Part shown: positions 26,926-38,795 of the stretch, one piece after another | Layout: the number at the start of each line of letters is the position of its first letter | Numbering within the stretch: the stretch's first letter is position 1 | DNA from: Eledone cirrhosa | Taxonomy: Eukaryota | DNA: 64,000 nucleotides | Direction: 5' to 3' | Assembly (NCBI GenBank): GCA_964016885.1 | Contig: OZ024748.1 | Span: 17,794,001-17,858,000, forward strand | Position numbers and translations under genes: made by a program | Notes under the pieces: generated by a model | What the model was told of the DNA's origin: nothing | What the model saw: the letters and a program-made list of their open reading frames with translations, nothing else | The model's database searches: none

Positions 26926-28495
26926 GATGTCCGTTTTTTGCAGACCGTTTTTTATTTGGGGGGAGGGTGTGGGGGGTCCGTTTTTTGTTGGGGGGGGGGC
27001 GGTTTTTTTATTTGGAGTCCTTTTTTATGGGGGTCCGTTTTTTATTGGGGTGGTCCGTATTTTATTTGCCCCCCCCCGTAAAAACGGAACCCCCACCCCT
27101 CCCCCAAATAAAAAACGGACCCCCCAGCCCCAACCCCAAATAAAAAAAGGACACCCACCCCACCCCCAAATAAAAACGGACCCCCCCCACTCACAAATTA
27201 AAAACGGACCCCCCAAATGAAAAACGGACCCCCAAATAAAAAAACCTACCCCCCCCCCCCCCCCACCCCCAAATAAAAAACGGATCCCCCCAAATAAAAA
27301 ACGGACCCCACCACCCCACCCCCAAATAAAAAACGGACCCCCAACCCTATCCCCAAATAAAAAACGGACACCCCCCACCCCACCCCCAAATAAAAACGGA
27401 CATCCCCTCCCCCTTCACCCCCCAAATAAAAAATGACCCACCCCCCAATAAAAAAGGACCTACACCCCACCCATCCCCAAATAAAAAACGGACCCCCCCA
27501 TCCCACCACCAAATAAAAACCGCCTCGATAACCAAAGATCTGGGTTCGACTCCCATGTACGTCAATACTCAACTTTTTCCCTTTCTCCGAGGGTTCTTAA
27601 CCCCACTATCAGGCTAAATAATTTTCTTTAATTTCTTTAGTCAAAATACGGTGATAGCTTACATTTATAATTTCAAACTCGCTCGCTCTTTCTAAAATAT
27701 TCTTACTCGATATGTATATATATATATATATCAAGTAAGAATATTATATATATATATAAATCAGGAAAGCCCCGATCATTTCCTTCGAATGAAACAGTTC
27801 TAGTCCTGTAGAAGCCAGTTCTCTATTAGATACAGTTCTCTGTTAGATACTCTGCTATGTATTAAGTGGTTACTCCTGATTGAACCTGGGATACACACAC
27901 ATACACACGCACCAAATACCCCCCCCCCCCCCCCCAAAAAAAAACAGAGTCCGTTTTTAATGGGGGGGGGGCTCAGTTTTTAATTTGGGGCTCCGTTTTT
28001 TTATTTGGAGACCGTTTTTTTATTGGGGGGTACGTTTTTTATTAGGGGAGTCCGTCTTTTATTTGAGGGGTACCGGTTTTTTTATGGGGGGGGGGGGCCA
28101 TTTTTTATTTGGGTGCCCCGTTTTTTATTTGGGTGCCCCGTTTTTTTATTTGGGTGCCCCGTTTTTTATTTTGGTGCCCCTTTTTATTAGGGGGGGGGTC
28201 CGTTTTTTTATGGGAGGGGTCCATTTTTTATTTGGGTGTCCCGTTTCTTTATTTGGGTGCCCCGTTTTTTATGGGGGATCAGTTTTTTTTTATGAGGGGG
28301 TCCGTTTTTTATTTGGGTGCCCCGTTTTTTTATTTGGGTGCCCCGTTTTTTATGGAGGGGGTCCGTTTTTTATTTGGGTGCCCCGTTTTTTTATTTGGGT
28401 CTCACTTTTTTTATTTGGGTGCCCCGTTTTTTATTTGGGTGCTCCGTTTTTTATTTGGGTGCCAAGTTTTTTATTTGGGTGCCCCGTTTTTTTCT
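26926..28495. repeat. G/C-run minisatellite blocks in alternating orientation (foldback-like)
   Basis: GGGTCCGTTTTTTATTTGGGG units at 26926-27068 (+), 27069-27522 (inverted) and 27948-28495 (+). Confidence 0.8.
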
Positions 28496-28794
28496 TAAAA
28501 TTCTTAGCTTAGGTCTATGTGTGTGCTTGTGTGTGTGTGTATGTATGTGTGTGTTTGTGTAGGTCTATGTGTGTGTGCTTGTGTTTGTGTATGTATGTGT
28601 GTGTGTTTGTGTAGGTCTATGTGTGTGTGTGTATGTGTTTGTGTGTGTGTGTTAGTGTATGTGTGTGTTTGTATAGGTCTTTGTGTGTGCATGTATAAGT
28701 TAAGAATGGAGTCCCATTGAGATTGTCTAACACATTTATTTCATGTTGGATCCCTGTTTCACACAAAAGGCCTGCACTGAGGATTTACTCTCTT

Positions 28795-29912
28795 CTTTTG
28801 AAGGGTTTTAATGCATCATATTTTATATTTTGAAGGGTTTAATATATCACACATACAGTATCTTTTGAAGGGTTTAATATATCACACATACTGTATCTTT
28901 TGAAGGGGTTTAATATATCACACATACAGTATCTTTTGAAGGGGTTTAATATATCACACATACTGTATCTTTTGAAGGGGTTTAATATATCACACATATA
29001 GTATCTTTTGAAGGGGTTTAATATATCACACATACAGTATCTTTTGAAGGGGTTTAATATATCACACATATAGTATCTTTTGAAGGGTTTAATATATCAC
29101 ACATATAGTATCTTTTGAAGGGTTTAATATATCACACATACTGTATCTGTTGAAGGGGTTAATATATCACACATACTGTATCTGTTGAAGGGGTTTAATA
29201 TATCACACATACAGTATCTTTTGAAGGAGTTTAATAATACATCAAATGCTGTATCTTTTGAAGGGTTTTAATTCACCACACACACACTGTATCTTTTGTA
29301 GGGGTTTAATGCATTACACAAACAGTATCTTTTGAAGGGTTTCATACATCATACACTGTTTCTTTTGAAGGGGTTTAATACATCACACATACTGTATCTT
29401 TTGAAGGGCATTTAATACATCATATACACTGTATCTTTTGATGGGCTTCATACATCATATGCTATATGTTATGAAGGGTTTAATACATCACCCACTGTAT
29501 CTTTTGAAGGGCTTCATTACATCACACACTGTATCTTTTGAAGGGCTTCATACATCATATACTGTATCTTTTGAAGGGCTTCATTACATCATACAACTGT
29601 ATCTTTTGAAGGGCTTCATACATCATATACTGTATCTTTTGAAGGGCTTCATTACATCATACAACTGTATCTTTTGAAGGGCTTCATACATCATATACTG
29701 TATCTTTTGAAGGGCTTCATTACATCATACAACTGTATCTTTTGAAGGGCTTCATACATCATATACTGTATCTTTTGAAGGGCTTCATACATCATACAAC
29801 TGTATCTTTTGAAGGGCTTCATTACATCATACAACTGTATCTTTTGAAGGGCTTCATTACATCATACAACTGTATCTTTTGAAGGGCTTCATACATCTTA
29901 CAACTGTATCTG
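28795..29912. repeat. 33-36-bp minisatellite
   Basis: CTGTATCTTTTGAAGGG core; unit variant changes along the array. Confidence 0.92.
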
Positions 29913-30673
29913 CTTTTGACCAAATGATTCAGAATGACTTGAAGAGAAAATAAATTTGAAAAATGTCATTTGAGAGATAAATCAAATTAATTTTCCAATC
30001 AAATATTCAATTAAATCCAAACTGAATTATCGAATTTTATGAAAATATAATTTATAGCTGATGTGTTTTTAATTAATAATTTATCATTTTCATAGAACAA
30101 AATATAATTCAGTTGATATTAATTTGGAATCCCATCTTCACTTCTCTGCCATATTTAGTAGTTTTTTCTAGGGTACAAAACAGATCCTGTTCATATTCTA
30201 TTAAAACATTCTTGCCATGTCTCAGTGGATTTCCCTAAAGCCCACAGATTATTTCACCTCAATTTATTTCTCTCTTAACAAATTATTGGTGGCAAATTGG
30301 CAGAGTCATTTGAGTGTCAGGTAGAGTGCTTTGTGGTATTCATTTCTGCTCTTTGCTTTCTGAGTTCAAATCTCACCAAAGTCAACATCACCTTTCATCG
30401 ATTCAAGGTCAATAAAACAAGTACCTGTCTGGTCTTGAGGTCAATTCTTCCTCTATATCTCTTTCTCACTTCCATTCTCTAACCTTCTCTGGAAGAAATC
30501 TGATGTATTCAGACCTGGAATGGATATGGGCTTCATCAGGTATTAAAATGCCCTAAAATCACTGTATGTCAATGTGGCACCTCTATGACTCCCTCAAGAG
30601 TTACAGGACTATGCATACAACAAATTATTAAATTGTGCCATCAATGAGCATTTCAGCAAAAGTGTATATCTGA

Positions 30674-30848
30674 TAATTGTTTCTACTTTTGGCACAAGGC
30701 CAGCAATTATTCCAGTGCATTACTGGTACTTTATTTTATCGACCCCATAACGATGAAAAACAAAGTTAACCTCGGCGGGATTTGAACTCAGACCATAAAG
30801 GGGCGTGACTCTACGCTGCAAAGCATGGCGTCCGACCCTCTACCGACG
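30674..30848 (-). mobile_element. SINE-A
   Basis: Family sequence. Confidence 0.85.
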
Positions 30849-31149
30849 AAATACAGTATGAACGAAGTGGCAAGAGCCAGCCTAACCCATGATTTCCTCT
30901 TGGACAACATCGATGACAATGGCAGACTGAGATGGAAAGGACTGACTGGGCTTTTGTCAAGGACCACACAACATGCAAAGAGCTCAAATTATTTTTTTTT
31001 TTGCTACCTTAAATGATACGCAAGAGCCATCCAGCTGTAGAAATCATGCCAGAATCAGTTCCCGTCCCACCCTTGCAAGCAGGGAAAAGTGGACATAAAA
31101 TGGTGATGAAAAAAAATACACACACATACATACATTATGTTATAATATA

Positions 31150-31484
31150 TCATCATCATCATCATTTCATTTTACGTCCGCTTTTTCCCTGCTTGCAAGG
31201 GTGGGACGGGAACTGATGCTGGCTTGATTTCTACAGCTGGATGCCCTTCCTAACACCAACCTCATTTACAGTGAGTGCTGGGTGCTTTTTTGCCGTGGCA
31301 CCTGCACGACCACTTTGCAGTGGAATGATAGGGACCCCAGTCCCTATCATCTCATTTCTACAGCTGAGTAAACTGGAGCAATGTGAAATAAAGTGTCTTG
31401 CTCAAGGAAACAACACATCACTCGGTCTAAGAATTGAACTCACAACCTTTCGATTGCAAGGCCAATGCTCTAACCACTAAGCCA
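31150..31484 (-). mobile_element. SINE-B (tRNA head, CORE-like domain, RTE-related body and tail)
   Basis: Matches 36509-36835; (GAT)n tail; faces another SINE-B tail at ~31026-31110. Confidence 0.9.
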
Positions 31485-31495
31485 TATATATATAT

Positions 31496-31861
31496 GTAGA
31501 AGTTATATTTAATTTGTTGGGATACAACAAGCCAAATATTTTTTATAACTGATATAAAGCACTCAACAAATTATTGGAGTAAAAATACGATATATTAACA
31601 AATGGAAAGTATATTTATAAAACCATATTTATTTCATTATACATATTTCAAGGACACCAAGTCAAATTATGGTGCACTTTCATCAGATAAAATATAATAT
31701 AGATCAGTTTTATAAATAAATATTAGAATGCGACCATTTCTGTTGGAACTTCCAACAGAAATGGTCGCATTCTTTAAGGGTATGTCAATATTTATTTATA
31801 AAACTGATCTATATTATATTATATTTTATCTGATGAAAACGCACCATAATTTGACTTGGTT

Positions 31862-31863
<2 letters not shown>
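31496..31863. mobile_element. Fold-back Penelope-like family 2 element
   Basis: Homologous to 18706-18978; hairpin centre near 31750; (TA)n flanks. Confidence 0.78.
31630..31694 (-). ncRNA. Type I hammerhead ribozyme
   Basis: TATTTTAT-CTGATGA-AAGTGCACCA-loop-TGGTGTCCTT-GAAA-TATGT-ATA-ATGAAATA. Confidence 0.82.
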
Positions 31864-31921
<58 letters not shown>

Positions 31922-32521
31922 AACGCACACACATTTATACATTATGTAACATATATATATATATATTATATTTGGAGATTAAATCTGATTCTCTCTCACA
32001 CTCCCTCCCCCTCTCTCTCGCTCTCTCTCTCTATATATATATATACACACACACACACTCACACACACACGTGTGTGTATATATGTTTATATCCACCAAC
32101 CCTCTCTCTCTCACTCCCTCTCCCTCTTTCCCCCTCTCTAATAAGCTGTACTATCTCCTCTCTCCATTTTCTCTTCCATTCTTCCACTTATCTCTATATA
32201 GTGTTGTTACAATACTTACATCAGCAATAACTTCTCCCTCCATACACTATTATTATATTTCTTCAACAGTTAATTATATCTTCACTGATTCACTGTTTCC
32301 AATAGCCAGACTCTCAGTTAACATTGCTACCTTAGAAGATAAATAGATAAGTAGATAATGGAAGACATATTTTCACACATCATACGAACAGTATATATAT
32401 ATATATATATCATCATTTCATTTCATTTTACGTCCGCTTTTTCCCTACTTGCAAGGGTGGGACGGGAACTGATTCTGGCTTGATTTCTGGCTTGATATGT
32501 ATATATATATGTATATATATG

Positions 32522-32578
<57 letters not shown>

Positions 32579-32609
32579 GTATATATATATATATGTATGT
32601 ATATATATG

Positions 32610-32642
<33 letters not shown>

Positions 32643-32707
32643 GTATATATATGTATATATATATATATGTATGTATATATATGTATATATATATATGTAT
32701 ATATATG

Positions 32708-32738
<31 letters not shown>

Positions 32739-32941
32739 GTATATATATATATGTATATATATATGTATATATATGTATATATATATATGTATATATATAT
32801 ATGTATATATATATATGTATATATATATATGTATATATATGTATATGTATATATATGTATATATATATATATGTATATATATATGTATATATATATGTAT
32901 ATATATATACATGTATATATATATATATGTATATATATATA

Positions 32942-33530
32942 TCATCATTTCATTTTACGTCCGCTTTTTTCCCTGCTTGCAAGGGTGGGACGGGAACTGA
33001 GTCTGGCTTGATTTCTACAGCTGGATGCCCTTCCTAACACCAACCTCATTTACAGTGAGTGCTGGGTGCTTGGTGCTTTTTTGCCGTGGCACCTCCACGA
33101 CCACTTTGCAGTGGAATGATATAGACACCAGTCCCTATCATCTCATTTCTACAGCTGAGTAAACTAGAGCAATGTGAAATAAAGTGTCTTGCTCAAGGAA
33201 ACAACACATCACCCGGCCTTGCAATCGAAAGGTTGTGAGTTCAATTCTCAGACCGGGTGATGTGTTGTTTCCTTGAGCAAGACACTTTATTTCACATTGC
33301 TCCAGTTTACTCAGCTGTAGAAATGAGATGATAGGGACTGGGGTCCATATCATTCCACTGCAAAGTGGTCGTGGAGGTGCCACGGCAAAAAAGCACCCAT
33401 CACTCACTGTAAATGAGGTTGGTGTTAGGAAGGGCATCCAGCTGTAGAAATCAAGCCAAAATCAGTTCCCATCCCACCCTTGCAAGCAGGGGAAAAAGCG
33501 AACGTAAAATGAAATGATGAAATGATGATA
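32942..33530. mobile_element. Head-to-head inverted SINE-B pair
   Basis: Minus copy 32942-33216 fused to plus copy 33215-33530; both have tails. Confidence 0.9.
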
Positions 33531-33609
33531 GTGTATATAAAATGTATATATAATGTATATCTGAGTTGTGATGCCAAACTCAATTAGCCTTTGCATTTAG
33601 CTTAGACAA

Positions 33610-33860
33610 CATCATATATCAACCTCTGTCAGAAGAGAAATTTTATTTAGATTTTCCCTAACCCCTACATATTTTCTGCCTGGTGTTATCACCATTAACC
33701 AGCATGCTAAACTAAACTTGGATACAAATGCAATGGATGAACAATCAATTGTCCATCCTTTGTATATGGTTATACTCAAGTTGTACACTGCAAATAATAA
33801 ACAACTTGAAACACTACTGCACATGGTACAAAGATTTACTAGAGAAATTGATGATTTGAG
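33610..33860 (+). pseudogene. Degraded R4/Dong-like RT fragment
   Basis: IFCLVLSPLTSMLN and IVHPLYMVILKLYTANNKQLETLLHMVQRF resemble the LFCLAL.PL / HL.YMDDLKLY region; stops and frameshifts. Confidence 0.5.
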
Positions 33861-33874
33861 TAATGATAATAATA

Positions 33875-34269
33875 ATAGTTTCTACTTTTGGCACAAGGCC
33901 AGTAATTACCCCAGTGCATAACTGGTGCTTTATTTTATTGACTCTATAAGGATGAAAGGCAAAGCTCATCTCGGCAGGATTTGAATTCAGAACGTAATGG
34001 AAAATAACTCTGTGCTACAAAGCATATTGTCCAATGTTCTATCGAATAATAACAGCTTCTTATTTAGGCACAAGACCAGCAATTTTGGGGGGAGGGGAAA
34101 GTCAATTAAATCGACCCTAGTGCGTGACTGGAACTTTATTTTATCAACCCTGTAAGGATGAAAGGCAAAGTTTACCTTGATAGGATTTGAACTCAGAACT
34201 TAAAGTGACGTAGCTCTATGCAGCTAAGCATGGTGTCCGACACTCTATCGGTTCTACCAAACCACCACC

Positions 34270-34270
<1 letters not shown>
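33875..34270 (-). mobile_element. Two SINE-A copies (short and long variant)
   Basis: Family sequence. Confidence 0.8.
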
Positions 34271-34304
<34 letters not shown>

Positions 34305-34307
<3 letters not shown>

Positions 34308-34746
34308 GTAATGAAGGACTTTAAAAAGAGGGTATGCCTGCTAATTGATATGTCCGTTCCAATAGACAAGAATGTATCTATACAACATTTGAAAAATTGA
34401 GCAAGTATAAAGACCTGGAGAAAGAGATTGGAAAAATGTGGAAGTTGAGAACTAAAACAATACCAGTGGTTGTAGGCGCTCTAGGAATGATACCTAAGGG
34501 GTCTAATGATTACTTATCCCAAATCCCAGGAAACCCGCATATAGAAGAAATTCAAAAGATAGTACTAATGGGAACTTCCCATATACTAAGGAAGATTCTG
34601 TCAATATAAGTACATCACAAGTCTAAACACCTAAAGATGCATGTATATGTGTATGTGTGTTCTTACTTGAACATGATGGACCTTGTTGTCTCTTGAGGTC
34701 ACTGGTTGTGACTTGGAGATAACTCGTATGAACATAAAACAAGATA

Positions 34747-34748
<2 letters not shown>
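34305..34748 (+). mobile_element. R4/Dong-clade non-LTR element 3' fragment (restriction-like endonuclease) in (TAA)n
   Basis: IVMKDFKKRVCLLIDMSVP / KYKDLEKEIGKMWKLRTKTIPVVVGALG...GTSHILRKILSI*; one frameshift; (AAT)n on both sides. Confidence 0.85.
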
Positions 34749-34789
<41 letters not shown>

Positions 34790-34794
<5 letters not shown>

Positions 34795-34981
34795 TGTTTC
34801 TACTTTAGGCACAAGGCCAGCAATTACCCAGTGCATTACTGGTACTTTATTTTATCGACCCCCGTAAGGATGAAAGGCAAAGTTAACCTCGGCGGGATTT
34901 GAACTCAGACCGTAAAGGGACGTAACTATGCTGGAAAGCATGGTGTCCGACTCTCTACTGATATTGCCAATCCACCACCCT
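34790..34981 (-). mobile_element. SINE-A, full length, in (AAT)n
   Basis: Family sequence. Confidence 0.9.
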
Positions 34982-35459
34982 TATAATAATAATAATAATA
35001 ATAATACTGCACGAGGTGCAAAAAATTGTTTTGACTGGTACTGCACACATATTGAGAAGAGCACTATCTCTGTAAGATTGATATTCCTCCTTGTATTTAC
35101 ATATGCATATGCACATGTGTTTATATGTATACTGTTATTTTTTTGTTTTGTTTTTTTTTAAATTATAATCAATGTGCTGTATTAACTGGCTTACCGATGT
35201 ACACTGTGAATTTATTTGCCCTAGGTGTCAGGAAGACACTCGGCATATATCTCAGATATATGGACAGTTTATCAAAATTAGTTTTTTTTAACTGAATGTG
35301 TCATACCGTTAAATATTATTCAATATTGTTATTTGTTCTTTAGGTTTTATATATTTTATTATTGAAACTTAATACTGCATATAGTTGAACGTATTGAAAA
35401 TATCTCAACATTTTCATGGCTTCCCACACAATATTTATTTTGTTTGCTATCAGTTCTGT

Positions 35460-35820
35460 AGCTGTTGTTGTTGCTGGTGGTGTTGCTGTCTTGTTCTGTA
35501 GCTGTTGTTGTTGTATTAGTTGTTGTTGTTGTCTTGCATTTAGAGTTGTTGTGTTTGGTAATATGTTGTTGTAGTAACTGTTGTTGCTGCTGTTATTATT
35601 TGTTGTTGCTGTTCCTGCTGTTAGTGTTATTGTTGCTATTACCTTGCTCTTAGTGTTGTTGTTGTTGTTGTTGCTGCCTTGCTGTTAGTGTTATTGTTGT
35701 TGTTGTTGCTGCCTTGCTCTTAGTGTTGTTGTTGCCTTGCTCTTAGTGTTGTTGTTGATGTTACTGTTGTCATTGTTGCTGTTGTCATTGTTGCTGTTGT
35801 CATTGTTGCTGTTGTTGTTT
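35460..35820. repeat. (GTT/GCT)n tract
   Basis: Direct reading. Confidence 0.9.
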
Positions 35821-36415
35821 TGTCACATTAATTCAAGGAACATATTTCAGATGTTTTTTTTATTTTTTATGAACTCTATTTTCTAAATCTGAAGAACAAA
35901 GAGGGGGGTGGGGAGCAGTGCTATCTAGTACCACCCACACCCACTCCATATATGGCAGCAAGACCACTTCCTGAACATCTCTGTTTCCATTGACTACCCA
36001 AATTGTCCACCTCTATATTTTGAAAAAGAAATAAGAAATTCACAGATAATGCTCATCTAGGCTTAGCCAGCCTCCTATGAGGTTTTATCACATATGAGGT
36101 TTCTCAGGTGTTTTTTTTATGATAGGAGCACCTGTCTTATCATGTTGTTGTTACAGCTCACACCAATGTGAGAGTTGATTGATGAATATTCAAGCAGGTA
36201 TTCCTCTAAGGTGTCTCTTGTGAGTTAGTTCCCACAATATCACACACACATACCTATATATATATATATATATATATTAGAAAGTGAGGTTTTTTTTACA
36301 AAATGAAAAATAACCGAGGTGTCCTACACGAGTGAAAGTATAAAGAAAAAGAGATGAAATCGAAAATGCAACTGGAGTCTTATTTTTTTTTTAAATATAT
36401 ATATTTATTTGGTTC

Positions 36416-36451
36416 CTTTACCGGTTTCGCAGATCTTCTGCTTTTCAAAAG
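36416..36451 (-). ncRNA. Minimal hammerhead, U3:A8 variant
   Basis: CTT-TTGAAAA-GCAGA-AGA-TCTGC-GAAA-CCGG-TA-AAG; palindromic ACCGGT stem III. Confidence 0.65.
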
Positions 36452-36508
36452 TAGAGTTGAGATGGAGGGTCTGTGGTTTTTCTCACATCTGTGAGTATGT
36501 GTGATATT

Positions 36509-36835
36509 GGAGGCACATGGCTTAGTGGTTAGAGCATTGGCCTTGCAATCAAAAGGTTGTGAGTTCAATTCTCAGACCGGGTGATGTGTTGTTTCCTTGA
36601 GCAAGACACTTTATTTCACATTGCTCTAGTTTACTCAGCTGTTGAAATGAGATGATAGGGGCTGGGGTCCATATCATTCCACTGCTAAGTGGACGTGTAG
36701 GCGCCACGGAAAAAAAGCACCCAGCACTCACTGTAAATGAGGTTGGTGTTAGGAAGGGCATCCAGCTGTAGAAATCAAGCCAGAATCAGTTTCCGTCCCA
36801 CCCTTGCAAGCAGGGAAAAGTGGACGTAAAAATGA
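36509..36835 (+). mobile_element. SINE-B, full length
   Basis: A-box TGGCTTAGTGG, B-box GAGTTCAATTC, TCCTTGAGCAAGACACTTTA, GTTAGGAAGGGCATCCAGC, RTE-type tail. Confidence 0.92.
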
Positions 36836-36846
36836 TTAAAAAAATG

Positions 36847-36889
<43 letters not shown>

Positions 36890-36920
36890 AGTTATGTAAC
36901 AAACAACATAAGATAATTAT

Positions 36921-36981
36921 TTAATTTACCAGTGGTTTCTTGAAAGCAGATGTTGTATCTGTTTTCAGTCGTCAGAATGAA
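36921..36981 (-). ncRNA. Type I hammerhead ribozyme within a (TA)n-flanked unit (~36890-37320)
   Basis: TTCATT-CTGACGA-CTGAAAACAGAT-ACAAC-ATCTGCTTTCAA-GAAA-CCACTGG-TA-AATTAA; stem II 10/12 pairs. Confidence 0.72.
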
Positions 36982-37443
36982 TAAAAAAAACATGGCGTTT
37001 TTATTAAATATGGATTTGAAAACAAAATTTAAGAAATATGAAAGTGAGGCTAAGAAAAAAATGGGCGAAAAAGAGAAGTGAAGCAAAGCTAGTAGTTATC
37101 GTTAGATGAAATGTTTGTTGGTCGTTGCAGTCGGTAGTAGTCCTCATGGTGATTGAACCTCTTCTCTCCTCTGGTACAGGCCTTTTATATCTCCTGGTTT
37201 CTCTGTCCCCTGCCTCGAGAGATTAGCCATGCATAAACTTGTTTACGCCAAAAGGGTGGTGACCTAGAATTTGACCTTTAAGTGTCACCCACAGCTCGAG
37301 GTGTGGACAGATTTTGCTACATATATATATATATATTATTTATAATCATTGTATATTATACTCCAGAAAACTTGTTGAGTGCTCTGAATCAGTTATAAAC
37401 ATTTATATTTGTTGAATTACAAACAAATTGAATATCCCTTCTG

Positions 37444-37496
<53 letters not shown>

Positions 37497-37816
37497 AGAG
37501 TACTCGACCTGGTTCCTTACCACACTTCCTTCATTTTATATATAAACAATGAGTTAAAGAGTTCCTTGATGCGTAATCAACTGAGTTATGTTCATAACAG
37601 ATACAAAGCACTCAACAAATAATACTTATCTGGAGTATTATGATAATAATAGTAATAAACGAAAGATATGATCATTATGCCCCTTTTAGCAAATGGACGT
37701 ATTCTTAATACCTCCATAATTTTTAAAGGACAAACGTTTCATGAATGTGTAGGCCATGCTTTGCAGTTGTACGGATTTGGACTATCCCTTCTATGACATT
37801 TTTAAGGACAGAAATG

Positions 37817-37915
37817 TTTCTCTGATGAGTCTTATAAGTGCATCTCTAGTGTGGAATATATATATATACCTTCTGTATTGTAAATGTACTTAAAGACGAA
37901 ACACTGTGTAAGAAA
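37817..37915 (+). ncRNA. Type I hammerhead ribozyme with a very long stem II
   Basis: TTTCT-CTGATGA-GTCTTATAAGTGCAT...ATGTACTTAAAGAC-GAAA-CACTGTG-TA-AGAAA; predicted cleavage after 37910. Confidence 0.82.
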
Positions 37916-37987
37916 TAAATTTTGATTTTAAATGTCTTCTTTCCCCACCATATATTTCTGATTATACACATGTATAATGTATATATG

Positions 37988-38383
37988 ACCCTGGATCGAG
38001 ACCTTTGGCACCATGCAGTTGCACAGAAGACCCGACTGCCATTGCATACAAACCTACAGTCAGTAGGCACCTCTTAATTCAATGTACACCCCACTGCCAC
38101 ACCTTACCCCACCCTCCCTCACCCATTCCGTCCACTGTGTCGATGACACAACAGTCCACACTGTAAGGTGGTTGTGAAGGAGACACAGTGAAAAGGCTCC
38201 CAGTCCACACTGTAAATGTGGTTGTTGTTAGGAAGGGCATCCAGCTGTAAAAAAAAAAACCTGCCAGAGACGCTTCCGTGCAAGTGAGACATGGTCTCCC
38301 GACCATTCCCGGATCAGATGGAACAAAACCATCTAACCCATGCTAGTGTGGAAGATGGACGTTAAACGATGATGGTGATGATG
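37988..38383 (+). mobile_element. RTE 3' end (subfamily d) with 3'UTR module and (GAT)n tail
   Basis: TLDRDLWHHAVAQKTRL-like frame, GTTAGGAAGGGCATCCAGC, CATGCTAGTGTGGAAGATGGACGTTAAAC. Confidence 0.8.
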
Positions 38384-38685
38384 ATATATATGAACCGGGC
38401 ATTGAATTATGTCCTTGAGCAAGACACTTTATTTCACGTTGCTCCTTCTACCTGGAGTTGCGACCGATAGATAGTATTAGCAATTGGAAAGACCAACAGC
38501 AACATTGTCTTCTTGGTCCGATTTGACGAAAGTCAATCGACAAATTTATTTTTTTGTTTTAAAGAAAGAGAGAGAATTCCAAAATGGAGAAAACAAGCTT
38601 TGCTAACATCAATTTTTTTGTTCATGTTATAAAGATCCTTTTATATACCAGACACATTTTTCAAACCCTTTTTTATTATCATTTT

Positions 38686-38795
<110 letters not shown>

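Noticed and set aside
30495-30545. CTGATGA on the minus strand as a hammerhead
   Set aside because: GAAT instead of GAAA and poor stems
30855-30990. Short open frame resembling an RTE C-terminus or a host exon
   Set aside because: Too short and diverged to call
36509-36580. tRNA genes at SINE heads
   Set aside because: A/B boxes present, but they continue into SINE bodies with no convincing acceptor stem
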